A DNA stretch of 61,769 bases, from the IMG/VR virus record IMGVR_UViG_3300020419_000016, positions 1 through 61,769 of that record; one strand, given 5' to 3'. Positions 10,371 through 25,000 of this stretch are shown here, piece by piece. Numbering within the stretch: the stretch's first letter is position 1; each line of letters starts with the position of its first letter. Made by a program: the position numbers and the translations under genes. The DNA is from a virus (taxonomy: Duplodnaviria; Caudoviricetes). The notes beneath the pieces are model-generated. The model worked only from the letters and a program-made list of their open reading frames with translations. It ran no database searches and was not told where the DNA came from.

Positions 10371-12394
10371 TATGTACTCCTACCAGTGTATATGATATAG
10401 TTAATTATCAAATGTGGATTCATTAAGTTCAAAGGTTGTCCAACAGCTGAATCAGATTCAATTCCGCCACTGTTTGGTAGATACTGTCCACCGTTTGTTG
10501 CTGTAGGACCATCTCCTCTAAATGCACCTGTATCTGTTGTTGGAGCACTTAAATCATTAATAGCATAGAACTGTGTTAATGCATCGCCTTTTAAATCGTG
10601 TTTGTGATCTGGCAAATTAGTTACTTGAATGTTTCTAGTTTCTTGACCGTCTTGTGAGCCAATAATATCTGCTGATTCATCTGTAATAACGTTAGCACTA
10701 GTTCCGCCCATATTATCTTTACCAACAGTAGTTCTTCCTCTTAAATCTGGAACTTTAAAAAATCCTGTTGTTACTGATGCTTCAGCACCAAAGTTATAAC
10801 CAATTGCAGCAAATAAAGCTGTGTAATCAGAAATTCTATATTCTGTACCATCACACATTAACCAATCTTGTGGTGATGTTGCTCCACCGTATGCCATCAT
10901 TACTCCTGCAGGGTTAGTTGCTACGGAAGAAAATAGATTTGCTCTTGAAATTTTAGCTAGTCCAGTTGCTCCTGTTACCCTGTTTAATAAAAATTCATCG
11001 TCAGCTTGTGAAGATACTGTTGCACTTTTGCCGCCAATAATTGTATTACTAATTGTAGCATTAAAAGTTTTAGAAGACCCTCCAGTTTGACCATCGAATG
11101 TAAATGCTGGTGCAGTAACGTCTCCTGCTAGTTGAAACGTAGTTGCAGAAGTTAATTTATCTGCTGACCCAGCTCTACCTGATACTGTACCACTTACGTT
11201 ACCTACAAGGTTTCCTGTAAATGCTGTAGAATAAATATTTTTCCATTTAATAGCATCGGTACCTAAGTTATATGTATTATGTGCTAGTGGCATTAAATCA
11301 GTTAATGTTGATGCTCCTGCAACATTAAATGTACCGCCTGCATAAATGTTCTTAGCAACACCAAGTCCGCCTTTTGTAACAATAGCACCTGTGCCTATAG
11401 TTTCACTTTGTGTAGTTGAGTCTATAACTGCCGTGCCGCTTGCTTTTAAATTACCTGTTATATCTAATGCTTCGTCTGGTGCAGTATTGTTAATACCTAC
11501 TCGTAAATTAGAATCGACTCTTAGTACTGTTGTTAATATTCCGTTATTTTTTACTCTTATATCAATATTTGATCCTTCAATTTGATGCTGAATAACTCCT
11601 GCTGATCCTTCAATACCAATATTTAATTCTGCATTTAGTCCATAATTTATTCCGGTATTATTTTGAATGTTAATAGGATAGTTTGATGTACTAACTACGT
11701 CACTTCTTAAAAAATTTGCTGCAGGAATAGAAGATCCTGATACTACTAAACTTTCTGCTTTTTCACTAGTTCCTCTATACTTTAAATTACCTGCTCCAGT
11801 AATATCTACACTACTTAAATTTACACCTGGGGCTATAGTTGAAAATCCTGTAATAGCTGTCTTTGGTGTAAATGCGTGTGTTGAAATTATTGCGGCTGGC
11901 TTAGAAAGAACGTCTAATTGAATTACTGTATAATCAATATTATCTGTTCCAGTAATAGTCGCAGGTGTTACACCTGTTGATAATCCGTCACTAAATTCTG
12001 GGCCAATTAAAACCCAACCTGAACCAGAAAACAAATATAGTTGTTGGTTATCTGTGTCTACCCAAAGATCTCCTAATTGTGAAGCAGAAACGTCAGGAGC
12101 AGAAACTGCTTTCTTAATACCTGCAGCTGAAACCCAATTAGTTCCGTCAAATACTTTTAGTGTTTCAGAACCTCCTGTATTATCATACCATAACTGTCCT
12201 TCTACACCATTACTTGGCGCTGTGTTAAAAGCAAAATTCTCTAATAGATGTAAAAAGTTTGTTGCAATAGCAGATCCATATGCAGTAGTATTTCTACCCG
12301 GAATCTGTAATGAAGTACTAGTATTTAAAGAATTATCTTCTACTACTATAGTACCTTTGTTTGCAGCGTCTGTATATGATATAGTATAAGCCAT
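10370..12394 (-). CDS. Tail fibre protein with a tail-collar domain
   Basis: Shared N-terminal module; tail-collar motif PAGVMMAYGG...WLMCDG...YTALFAAIG...VPDLRGR; C-terminal HKH and NYIIY. Confidence 0.8.
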   Translation of the reverse strand: MAYTISYTDAANKGTIVVEDNSLNTSTSLQIPGRNTTAYGSAIATNFLHLLENFAFNTAPSNGVEGQLWYDNTGGSETLKVFDGTNWVSAAGIKKAVSAPDVSASQLGDLWVDTDNQQLYLFSGSGWVLIGPEFSDGLSTGVTPATITGTDNIDYTVIQLDVLSKPAAIISTHAFTPKTAITGFSTIAPGVNLSSVDITGAGNLKYRGTSEKAESLVVSGSSIPAANFLRSDVVSTSNYPINIQNNTGINYGLNAELNIGIEGSAGVIQHQIEGSNIDIRVKNNGILTTVLRVDSNLRVGINNTAPDEALDITGNLKASGTAVIDSTTQSETIGTGAIVTKGGLGVAKNIYAGGTFNVAGASTLTDLMPLAHNTYNLGTDAIKWKNIYSTAFTGNLVGNVSGTVSGRAGSADKLTSATTFQLAGDVTAPAFTFDGQTGGSSKTFNATISNTIIGGKSATVSSQADDEFLLNRVTGATGLAKISRANLFSSVATNPAGVMMAYGGATSPQDWLMCDGTEYRISDYTALFAAIGYNFGAEASVTTGFFKVPDLRGRTTVGKDNMGGTSANVITDESADIIGSQDGQETRNIQVTNLPDHKHDLKGDALTQFYAINDLSAPTTDTGAFRGDGPTATNGGQYLPNSGGIESDSAVGQPLNLMNPHLIINYIIYTGRST

Positions 12395-12398
12395 CTAG

Positions 12399-13013
12399 TT
12401 ACGCCTCATTAAAACCAGTTAAACTTTGCACTCTAACTGTATAATCTATCTGTATAAGTCTATTAAGTGATTTTTGTACAGGATGGAATATAACGTGAGT
12501 AAGTAACCTTCCTGTTCCGCTTGCAGAATAGGCCTTTAAACCTAGTTCGTCAAACACATATAAACTTGAACCGTCTGTAGCAGTATCATACGCATCTTGC
12601 CCACTTGGTTCGCTATAATCAAGTAAACATGTAACTAATACATCTGTATAGTTTGTACCGCTTACGTGTCTTGTTTCTATTTTATTTCTTACAGGATCTA
12701 AATTGTTTACGCTTCTATCATCGACAACTTTTGTATGAGTCTGATTATACAAACTTGCATTTGTTCCTGTTGAATTTGGTGTTAAGTATGTAATAATACC
12801 TGTAGGATCAACACTAGTACCTCCATTTCCAAAGCTCATTTCATAAATCCAACCTGCACCACCGTTACCGATACTTTCTGCAAGGCTTAAACTCATGTTT
12901 TCATAATGAATTGCATTACGCTTATCAACAAACGTATGATTTGACTCTGGATCGTGGATTTTGATGTGTCCTTGTATCAAAACTCCGCTCATATCATGTA
13001 AATTGTCTGTCAT
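12399..13013 (-). CDS. Putative virion or baseplate-associated structural protein
   Basis: Start moved to the ATG at 13013 (AGGA RBS, late promoter at 13033-13040). C-terminal FDELGL...LLTHVIFHPVQKS...IDYTVR. Confidence 0.6.
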   Translation of the reverse strand: MTDNLHDMSGVLIQGHIKIHDPESNHTFVDKRNAIHYENMSLSLAESIGNGGAGWIYEMSFGNGGTSVDPTGIITYLTPNSTGTNASLYNQTHTKVVDDRSVNNLDPVRNKIETRHVSGTNYTDVLVTCLLDYSEPSGQDAYDTATDGSSLYVFDELGLKAYSASGTGRLLTHVIFHPVQKSLNRLIQIDYTVRVQSLTGFNEA

Positions 13014-13032
13014 ATTATTTTTCCTGTCATTG

Positions 13033-13040
13033 TATTTATC
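13033..13040 (-). promoter_or_regulatory. T4-like late promoter (GATAAATA)
   Basis: Overlaps the stop codon of the giant ORF, upstream of the gene starting at 13013. Confidence 0.6.
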
Positions 13041-16000
13041 GAGGTAAGTCAACACTTGTAGCTCGTAAGAATCTACCTATATCAGTATCTGCTTGGCTAA
13101 GTGCTGTACCTGGATCTGTCCATCGTTTTCCTTGTTTTCTTATTATAATAACCTTCTGATTTTCACCTGGAGCGTTTAATAAAGTTAACGTACTACCTAA
13201 AATTGAAAATTCTGCTGGTAATGTTTCGTCACCTTCTGGGCTATCTTGGGCTATACTACTTGTTGTTACACCATTTATAGTAGTTTCAAACTTATAAGAA
13301 GAAATTGCATTTTTTCTTAATCGTTGTCCTGCTACAAATACATCAAACTCGTTAACTCCGCCTGCTCCTGGTGTAAAATCTAATTCAAACGTAGAACTTG
13401 TACCGTCTGCTGTAAATACTGTGCTAATTGTCTCATCTTTATATGGCATTGAAGCGTCAATACTCTGATCATATACTTCTGTGCCACTTGAATGCAAATC
13501 ATTTACTCCTGTACCTAATGTACCTCTTTGTAATTGTTTAAGTAAGTTGCCTTCTTTAAGTCTATACTCAATTCTTTCTCCGTTAACAAAAATAATACCT
13601 GGGTATTCTGATCCTGCTGTTGGATTTGTTATGCCACTAGCGTCAACTAATTCTATTGTTTTATCGTAAGGTGTTAAATCTTTTCCAAGAATATAGTTTT
13701 TATCTCCATCTATTCTTTTGTAATGTGTTCTATTAAGCATATCCTTAAACTGTCTAAATCCAAATTTAGTAATTACTGTTGGATTACCAAAATGTAAAAC
13801 TTCTATTCTATCACCTTCATTTAAAGGACTAACTAATTTAATAAAATTCTTGTCTGTAGTAACACTATAATCTACGTCTGCAAGTAACAGTTTGTTATTT
13901 AATATTACCCAGGCATATTTAGAATCAACTGCTGGACTTCTTAATTTAAATAACCCTGCTCTTAAATTATTTAAGAAATAATATTCAGGTGTTCCTTTTG
14001 TAATAGGTGTATTTTCTTGTACAGTATAAGATTCTCTTTCAAATTTTTGAGCTGTACTGTTACTAAACTGATAAACTTTCATTCTAGTTCCAATTGGCCT
14101 ATCTACTTCAAAAGAACAAATAGTTGGGGTTGGAACAAATACGTTTGATGAATCACCTTGTTGTTCAAAGTAACCAAATCTATATTGACTTTCAGTAATG
14201 ATATATACCAATAACGTATCTCCAGCTACACCAATGCTATCTGCAAGTTTTACTGTGTTACCTTTTTGTTGATCTAAAGGCGTATCACTATCAAATGCTT
14301 CAGCTGATGTAAATGTCCAGTCTGTTGCATACTCTAATATTCTACCATTTAGGTAAACTTGAATCTGTGAACTTTGTACTAATGCAATAGGTATTTGCCA
14401 AAGGTCTAATTTATAATCTCTTGCTGAAGAAACTGTAAACTGCTGATTAAAGCCAGAATGTAAAATATCATCTCCTATTTGTACAAGTGTGTGTATGCCT
14501 GCAGGACCGTATGAGAAAGGTGCTTGACTTAATAAAAGTGTATCATTTCCTTGTGGTTTAGTTGCAATAAACTCATCAACTACTACCTGACTAAATGAAT
14601 CTATTTCATTTCCGTCTCCAATGAATAATGCAAACCTAACAACATCACCTGCTTTTAGAGGAGAAGCTAAGACTAGTTCAACATTATTTGGATGTGATCC
14701 TGTACTTTTTACAAATACAGCTTCTAATTTTACACCGTTACTTGTCGCAATGCCTTGTACGTTATCAGTCCAACGAACATTTGTTTCAAAATTATTTGAA
14801 CTTCCGTCACTTACAAAACTATCTATATCTAAAATTTGCAAGCCTGCTACTTCAACTAACGTTAAATTAATCTTAGAACCTTCTGCTGGCGCAACTTCAA
14901 AGTCAACTGTTTTATTAGCATAGTTAACCTTATAACCTAAGGTTGAATCATCTGTAGTAGGTTCAAGTATATCAGATCCTACTTTTACAAACAATGAACT
15001 TCCTGTAAATGGAGTCTTGCCTAAGTCAAACACTTTAGTAGATCCGTCTCCGATATAATTTCTATTTACTACTATACTACTTCCACCAACTGGTCTTTCA
15101 AATACACTTATGTCTACAGCATCTAAAACTTGTCCTGGAACAATTTCTTCAGGACCTTTACTAGTAGTAGGAGTAACAAATCCGTCACCGTCTATAGTAA
15201 TGTCTTCTGCTTTTAATCCTGTAGCTGAGGTGTAAGCTAGTGTACCGCCAGTAATAGAAGTATCATAACTTTCAGGGTCGTTAATAAAGCTACCATCACT
15301 TGTTTCTTTTCTTACAATAATTACATCGTCAGCTTGAGTTGGAACTTCTAATTCTTGTAACTCTATAACTGTAGTTGTGCCATCTCCTGTAATACTTTGC
15401 ATTATAGCATTAGGATTTTTTACTAGTGCTGAATCATATCCTGGTTCAGGTGCCCAATTAGGGTCGTCTAATCTTATACCATTTCTATATAAATTATAAA
15501 CTACTCCATTTTCTAGAGGCTTGCTTAATGTAATACTTATTGTACTGCCATCAAGTGTAAATACCTCATCTTCATACGTAGTATCATATGTATCCCACGA
15601 ATCAGTATACCAAGGAGCAGAGTCCCAACCAGTGTTACCGCCAAACTCAAAACTTTTAACTTCAACTCCGCCGTAGTCTATACCATCCATTACTTGAGAT
15701 AAATCATTACCAAATTGTCCTGCAACTGGATTGTACGCTAAACTTACTCTATCTGCGGCTGTTAAATATTCAATCGGCTTCTTGTATTTTATTACTATAG
15801 AAGTATTGTTTGCTGGCGGTTTAGTAAATGTAACTCTACCAAAATATCTATCATATCCTTTTGTAGTATCTTTTATATTTTCATATGTATATTCACTTTG
15901 TAAAGAAAGTTCACCTGCAATAGTTATTTCTACAGTATTTGTTTTTAAGTCCATTGGAAATATTAAATCAAATACATAAGCACTACCTGATCCAACAAAT

Positions 16001-19000
16001 GTTTGTGACTCACTTAATTTAGTTACTATAAATTTTCCTGTAACTCTGTCAAACTTAACAGTAGTGTGCATTCCTCTAACTAACCCGTCACCTAATATTG
16101 CAACTAATTTTGCAGGCTTGCCACCTTCTCTTATTGAGCCATTCACTTCTACTACTGGAGGATTTAAATATCCAGTACCCTTATTTGTTACTTCTATTGA
16201 TGCTATCTTGCCACCTTGCCCTAATTTTGCAATAGCTGTAGCACCTGTACCAGTTTCAGATGTGCTTAAATCTTGTCCAACAAATTTAATTACTGGTGGT
16301 TGTGTATAGCCACTACCAGCATCTGCTATTTCTACACGATTAATTTTATAAGATAAATTGTCTACCCAATTTTTGTTTGGGTATGTTGTAAGATCTGTAT
16401 TGGTTCCTACTATTGCATTATCGATAACTTTTACAGAAGGAGGAACAATTGATTTTGTTTCATCTTCCCATCTTGGAGGTAAATCAAAATCTGTAACTAA
16501 ATTAGCAGATACATTAAGTTGATTGTAATCACTAATATATTCACGTAGTTTAGATTTAAACGGTTTAACTTCTTTTAAATATTCTTCGTAACTAGGTAAG
16601 TTATCGTTCTGGAAAGTTATCTTTTTACTTAGATCACCTACATTGTGTCTTGCTTTAATAAAGCTAGTTTTAAATGCCCAGTCTACTAATCCTTGTTCAG
16701 TAAATACGTATTTTAGACTTGATAAAAATAAATTATTATATTCTACTGCTAGTTCATCTATAAACAAGTTGTCTCTTAGTGCTTCAAGAATAATTCTTGT
16801 TTCTTTGACTGGCTGTACATCGTAAACTTTAATATCATAACTAGCACTATCAAAGCCCGAACCAACAGTTGTGTTGAATAGTGATGGAAGGAATTTTATT
16901 GTTCCATTCTGTCTACCAATAGTTTTATAATTTATTGTGTAATCGATTGAATCAGCATTATCAATTTTTTCTAATAACAACCAGCCGCCTGTACCAACGT
17001 TTGCTATTTTAATTACATCACCGGTGTTATCGTCTAAAGACTCTAATTGATAGCTAGAATCTATCAAATGATTTATATCAGTAAATTCATTATATCCTGT
17101 ATCATACCAATCTATATAATCCCAGAACAATGAAGTATCAAATACTTGACTAACTTTTCTTACCCATAAAGTGTTGTTTATATTTCTTTCGTAAACTGAC
17201 CACTTACCTGATAGTGTACTATCACTTCTTACAAGAACTGCAAATCGTCTAATTGCCAATGTTGTTAATGTTGAATCGTACCCGCTTCCTTGACTGTTAA
17301 CTGTTGCTGATGTTACTGCGCCAACACTATTAATTGTTACTGTAATATTTGCAGCTGTTTCATATCTTCCGTTAATTTCAACATTAGGAACAACTTTGTA
17401 ACCACGACCTGGTTCTGTAACAGTTACCCTTACTATTTTACCGTCAACTACTACCGGAGTTAATACTGCTTGTTTAACTTTAGCAGTTCCAACAAACTCT
17501 AAATCTTCAAAAGTGTCTACAGCTAAATCGTATGTGTTTCCGGCTGCTAATGGCACTTCTTGTTTTGACAGTAAAGGCGTAATAATTTTATCATCAACTA
17601 TTAAATTTCTTTTCAGTACAATATTGACTCTATCAATGACTTGCTTCAATGCTTCAGTTTTATTAACAAACCAAGATTGTCTTGGATCATTAAGTATACC
17701 GTACTTTTCTTTAGCTGATAAGTTTGGATCAGGAACTATTCTACCTGCTGAGTCATACCCAATTAAACTATCAAACCATTTGCGTTCTATATCAGCATTT
17801 GGTTTACTTGTATCTAAACCTGCTGTATACAATTGATATTGATTATGTATATTAATATCTTGATTTTCAATTGTCCAATATTGTATGCTGAGAGCAACTT
17901 CATTATCTTTAAGAAGACTTTCACAGTTATATAAAACAAAACTTGTAGGACTTATGAAGTTAATAAACCTGTATCCCATGCTTGCTGGATCGTCTATATA
18001 TCTTGCAACATTAAACGCACTTAATTTTCTTGTTTCAATATTAGGTGCAGTAATTCTTCCTTTTACCCAGTAGTAATATTTGTTTGAAAAAGTTTGTGAA
18101 ATTTCATCATATATTCTTTTAGTTGAATAAATTGTATCGTCATATTTTGTTGTACCTGTAACACCTTCAGTTACACCTTCTGTTGATGCTGAAGTCATGT
18201 TCCATTGTGATGGAGTTAATGTAGTTTCGACCCATTCGTATACATCTACACTATTTCCTGTAAACTGTGTATTCCAATTGTTTACACTAAAAATAGTGTT
18301 GCCTTGGTAAGCATTTAAAAACTTAGCTGTTGATAGATCCCACCAAAGTTCTCCAACTTGTTCTTCGCCCCAAACCTCTGCCTTACTGGTATTTACGTTT
18401 GACGTTCCAAGTGAATATACTGCTGGGTCATAATGTAACTTATAAGAAAGTTCTTGTTCAGCTATGCCTGGAATTTTACCTTGTACAGGATCTAAGTAAT
18501 CTATGTAACTAACTAATTTGTTTTCTTTTGTATTATATAATAATACTTTTTTAATTTTTGCTACATCAACAGTATCTTTAGGTGATGAATGAGCTTTCCA
18601 AATATTCTTAGTTGGATCTTTTCTAAAATCTATTACTGCTCCGTTTTCGCCTGCGAATGTTGTATGCTTTGGAAGTCCTACATATACATGGCTGTTTTTT
18701 GTATACAGATTTAAACCAAAGTCTCTAATGCTATTACTTGAATCAGTATTAGCTACTGCTTGTGTTGAATCTGATAACTCGTTATACGCTATTGTTTGAC
18801 CGTAAACTAAATTGTCGTCAATATTTTCATATAGATAAACAACTCCTGTATCTATAAATTTCTTAGCAAATGTAGTAAAATTGTTATCCCAGGTTGTTTG
18901 TGGAATAGCTTCTAATGAATCAAATGTTGTTTTAGCATCTGAGTCTGCATTTTTTGCAGTAATAGCTAAAGTTTTAGTATCGAAAGAAAGTTTAACACCA

Positions 19001-22000
19001 AATAGTTCTACTTTTTCATTACCTCTACTAAACAATGTTTGTGATAATTCAAATAAACCAGTAGTTACATTTTTCTTCATTACAAAGACTCGGCCTTGAT
19101 CAAATTGTATACGTGAAGGATCTGTTTCGCTACGTTGTGTTTCTGCAAAAGGTTCACCAATTGCAATCATATTACCATCACTACTGATAGCTATGTCTGA
19201 TCCCCATAATGTTTTTTCTGTAGACCATTGATCGTCGTCGTCTGTCTGTGCAGGAAAACTAGATTCCATTATACTTTGTGTTCTTTGATAATTGCCGTTT
19301 TTATTTCTATATACAACTACTTGTGATTTTTCACCGCCATCATACCTAGCAAGTCCTATAAGAACTTCACCATCATCAGAAACATCTATTCTGTTAAAAT
19401 TAAATAACCCTCCTTGATCTAATACAGTACTAGGATCAGCACTATCAAAGATTGGTAGTATTTCTGTATTGTTAGGAACATAACCTAAGTAATCTAAAGG
19501 TTGTGTTTGTTGAGTCCAGTTAGCTCCATTAAAAAATCCTGGTGCTAAATTTGTATTTGCTTTGTAAATACCTCCATCAAGATAAATTATATCTCCGGTT
19601 TGATAACTTACTAAAGACGAGTATGTTCCTTGAAACTTTTTATCTTTAGCTAGTTCCCAATCCCAAACATTACCGTCTACATCTGTTCCGTGTTTTATAA
19701 AATAAGTCCTGCCAGGTTGGAAAGTGCTATCGTCAAATTGTTTATTTAGATTTCTAAAATCTCTAAACGTATTGTAATCTTCGCCTGCATGTACAAAAAG
19801 TCTGTACAAGTTATTTTTCTTTGCACACCTTATTTCAGATCCTAAATAAAAATCTTCTTTTGCTTCTGGTACAATGTAACTTTGTAAAAATGCATATCTA
19901 TTAGTTGTTCCTGTACCAAAGACTGAATACATTCCTTGGTTCTCAAGAGTGCTTGCTGTTGCTCCGCTTACAGCAGGAATACTATAAACATTTATCCAAT
20001 CATTATTGCCTGCTGACGGCAAGTTAGCTGCAACAGGAACGCCTGAAACTGTATTTTCTTGGTAAAACCAATATTCAGTATCTGTCATTGCAGAAGTTGT
20101 AGGTAATGAAATATTTGCTCCTGTATCAACTACTATTAATTTTCCAATATCTTCTGAAGCTAGTCCTAAAGATTTTTTCTGAATTTCGCCCATTACACGA
20201 TCAACTTGATATATTGGACTAGGATCTGTCGGAGATCCTAAAAATTCTATTTCTGCATTATTGCCAAATATAGAGCCGTTTGAAAAGTTACCAACTACAT
20301 CTTTTACAAAAATTGTTGCGTTTAATGCGTCTCTTTGATAAAATGTTATTTTCGCTGTTGCTCCTGTTGTAACATCTCTCACGGTATCACCTACCCTAGG
20401 CTCAAATGGTTCTCCAAATAAATTAAACTTTGTGAATCCAAATTTAATATATCCGTCCCATAAATCATATACAGTTAATTCACTATTAGTTTGTGCATAT
20501 GTTAATCCTATAGCTGAAGGATCATTACTAATACCAGATGTATATCTTGCCAATGAAGGAATAAACATTTTAAATGTGCTACCGTTTGATAGCGTATCAG
20601 TTAACGGTTTAGGAGCTCTAATTACATAATAAGGACTAAGGAATGGAGTAGTAACGCCGGCTGCACCTGGTAATCCTTGATAGCTTAATGTTTCTATATA
20701 ACTTGCTAATGTATCTTCACTAGATACTGTTGCTGTTTCATAATCTCTTGAATTATAATAATAATTAGATGGTGCTGAACTATCAGTAATTGCTTCTTGG
20801 TATACTAAACCTTTACCTTGATCTGATGTGGTTGTAAATATCTGATAACCACCTGGAACAGTAATCATAAAATATCCACCGTAGTAGCTACTTACATCTG
20901 TTGTTTCTGAAGGAGCAGCTGTAGTATATTCTCCAACAAAGTCTCCGTTTGAAAGGAATAAACTGTCTGTAGAACTAAAACTTCCTGTTATCTCATTAAT
21001 ATATAATCCTATACTACCGCCAACTTCATAAGAATATGCTACTGTACCAGATCCTGTTTGTGTTTGAATCTTATCTCCGGCTACTGGTTGGTTTGTAAAT
21101 GCATTAATATTAAGAATTAAATCAACCTTCATTTGTATTTGATGAGTACTGCTAAAGAACGTAGAGCTTAATTCTGACATACCGCCACCTGGGAATGGTT
21201 CTTTATCTGTATAGGTTGTTTGCTCTTGGTTTGCTATTGTTTTCTTATTCCATTTTAGTTTAATTTGGTCATTTATATCAAGACCTGCATATTGTAACTT
21301 TGGTGCTTTAACTAAAACATGATCAACAGTAATTCCAGTAAAAGGATATTTACCTGTCAATATTACATCTATCTGTTCTGAAGATTGTGTTGTATTACCA
21401 ACTGACTCTATCTGTTGAACTACACTTCCAAAACTAGTAAACTGAATACTAGCTGATTGTGGAACAATTGACGTAGTTGCCTTCCATAACTTATTATTAT
21501 AATTTACAATATCATCTAGTACATAAGAGCTACTAGCGTTATAATCATTTTTATATCTTGTTTTTACATTACTTGCATTAGGAGATCCAACAACTAGATA
21601 TTTCCCATCCTCTGTCAAAGAAATAGCTGAGCCAAATTTTTGTAGCTTAGGTGGCGTTGTTAAAGGTGTAAATTTACTAACATCAAAATTTACTCCAGCT
21701 ATGTGTGTTTCTGCTACTGTATAAAATAAGTTATTGGCTTTTACTAAATCGCCTACAGTATATGTCACACCTGTATAAAATCTTTTATATGTAAATGCTG
21801 TATCTGTAGGAGCAGTAACAACTTGTGATAACACAAAGTTTGCACTTGCTGAACCTCTAGTGTAAATATAAACCTGGCCATCATCTTCATCTGGTGAGCC
21901 AACAGCTAATACAGTATTAGATTTATTAGTTGTTATTGCTGTTGCAAATGTTTCATTGTTAATACTTTCTCCACTGCTAATATCTTGTAACTTTAAAAAT

Positions 22001-25000
22001 GCTTCTGTATTTTCGTATACTGTCCAGTTATTACCATCAGCTTTATCTACCCAAAATTTTGACTTTAGTGTTGCTAATTTTTGTGCAATATCATTCAAGT
22101 TAGCTAAAGAATCTGTTCTAACAGATACTAATTTACTTAACTTTCCGATACACTCATCTATGTCTTGAACTTCTTCAGCCGTTTCAAAAGTAACTTTTTC
22201 TAAACTTATAGATTTTACTTTAAAGAATCCACCAACTGCACCTTTGGTTGTTTGAGCGTTTGCAAACGTACTATCTCCTGGATCTAGTGTTGTTGAAATT
22301 AAATCATAAACTCCAAATATGTCGCCTGCTTTTATATTTTGCGGAGTTGAAGTTAATGTGACAGTAAATTCAGTTTCACCCCCAGTTACTTTTTCTACTA
22401 TTAAATCTGTATCATCATGCCTGTATATATTCCATGTAAGTTTATCATTACCTACCCAAATTAAATCACCTTGATTACATGTAGCAAAATCTATATTTAA
22501 AATTGAATCAAAATCTTTTACAACAAATTTTACATCTTCTTGATTAACGTAGCCACTATCTTTTACAAAACCTTGTTCTGAAGCGATATATTTTTTTGGA
22601 AACGGAGCATGCGTATAATTTTTTGGTTTTAAATAAGTTTCATAAGGCTGTATTCTATAAATTAGATCTGTTTCTTCACCTGTTACAGATTTAACTAGTT
22701 CTATTGGCTGTGGAGAAAGTCTAAACTTATTTTCATCTAATTTATATTCTACTTCATCAAAGCCCGAAGCTGCACCATACTGGCCACGCTTAATAGCCCA
22801 TTCTTCGTAGAACTCTAAACTATCTTTATCTGTGTTTCCTAGAACATCAAATAATTTTGTTAAAGCGTTCTTTGTACCTTTATCTTGAATGAATCCTTGA
22901 TAAAACTTATACTGACTTACATCATCATTAATAATATTTTCTAAATACTTACGTTTCTGATACCCAATAAGATGTTGTGCTAACCTTTGTTGTTCACTAT
23001 CAAAGTTATCACTATCTAAGTCATAAAAATCTGCAAACTGGTTTGTTTTATATTCGAAGTTTGGTGTTAACCCAGATTCTGGTTTAGAATCTAATCTTGA
23101 CCATTGATTATCAATAAATGATTCTGTACCTGGAACTTTACTGTTTGCAGTATAATAAAATTCTTTGTGCTTTACAATATCGCCTATAAAGTAATCTTTA
23201 TTTGGTTGCCAGTCTGTTATAGTTGCTTGGTCATATACAAAGCCTTCTATATTTAAACTTCCATCCCAGTTTGTTGTTCTGTATCCTAGTACTTTAATTC
23301 TTTCTTGCCTGTAACCTGGTTCAGGATCATATATTGTATCATTGAAAACAGTTTTGTTATCTAATAAAACAACATGCTCTTTTTGTACACAAGGTAACTT
23401 TATTGCAAAAATTCCATCTGCTGTGTTTTTTGGTCTTAAAATAAATTCAGTTGGTTCTTGCCTATCAACTTGTATAAAATCAGATGTTAATTTTTGTCCA
23501 TCAACTTTTAGTAATGTATAACCAAAGAATCCGTCAAATATGTTATCAACAACACTATAGTCTGTTTTAAACTTTAATTGATTTGCGCCTGGACTTAAAC
23601 TAATTAAGGTTCCTTCTGCCCAATTGTGAAGTGTCCAAAAAGCAAACTCTTTTGTTGAAGTTTCCCAGTCATCTACTACACTAGCACTTTTTCTAAAATT
23701 ATCAAATACAAATCCAATAGACTCTAAATACTTTCCATACCCTTGAATAAAGTCACACACATCTTGTATTGTTGGTAATATAGTTCCGTATGGTAACTCT
23801 AACGGTGCAAAAGTTGCAAACTCTCTTCGAAGAGTAATTTCTCTTCCACCAGTAGTTGGTAGCTTAGGTATGCTTGCAAAATTAGATTCTTCAAAAGTAT
23901 CTCCAGCTATGTGTTGCTTTGTTACTCGATAATATTTTCCTGAATGTTCTACTATAGCACCTACTGTATAAGTACGACCTCCTTCAAACTCTAAGAATGG
24001 TTCAGAAGTTCCGCCAACTGTAATTACAGGATCTCTGTCTCTTTCAAAGTGTGGGAAATATTTAAATGTAGTTGATGAATTATCATAACCTTTAATTTTA
24101 TATCCATTAGTTCTTCGTTCAATTATAAGGCCACTATACGAAATTGTTTTAATTGGAGCACTTTTATTTAAAAATATATTATAGTTTTCATCTGGTACAA
24201 ATACATTACCTTCATTAAGAGGTGTTCTACTATCTAGAATCAGTTTAAATTTATTTTTATCTGTATATCCGCCAACTTTGAACCCTATCTGGTTAGTAAT
24301 CGATTTAAGATTTTGTTTGTATTCAGTATACGAAGTAACAACATTAGATGCCATGTAGCCTGCAACATAATTTACAAGTCCTGATGTAAAAGTTTGAGTA
24401 CTGTCTAACTGGGTGTTAGGAAAAATTAAATCTTTTAATTTAATCTGATTACTTTGTGTTTTGTATATTATTTGCTTAGTTAAATTTCTTACTTGATTAA
24501 CTCTATCAAATCCTGTAGCTAATACTTTTGAAGGTTGACTTAGTGTCCAGGCAGTAATTAAACTGAAAGGATACTCACTACTTCTTCTCCATGCTGTTTC
24601 AACCGGCGCTTCGTCACCAAATTTAAACGAATCATCTAATCTTGCTGAATCAAAACTTTGTGCATAACCTGAATCGTTTGGACTTAATAAATTTCCGCTT
24701 GCATCAACTGGTAGATGTGTTAAAAGTCCTGGTCTCTTATATTTGTTTAAAATTTTTATTTTTTTATTAGGCTCTCTCACAACCCCGTTTTGCAAGTCAG
24801 TCCATAACACTAAATTATCTCTTGTATACGGAGCTGGGCCATACTGTGTTTCCCACCAAGTAGGCATTTTTGTAAAACCTATCATTTCCCAAGGATGGGT
24901 ATGTGGCCTGTCTGTATCATATGCGTGTCTGTATACGCCTCTCCAAAAGCCAGGTAAGTCATTACCGTTAGGTGATGCTGCAGAAGAATAATTAAATGTC

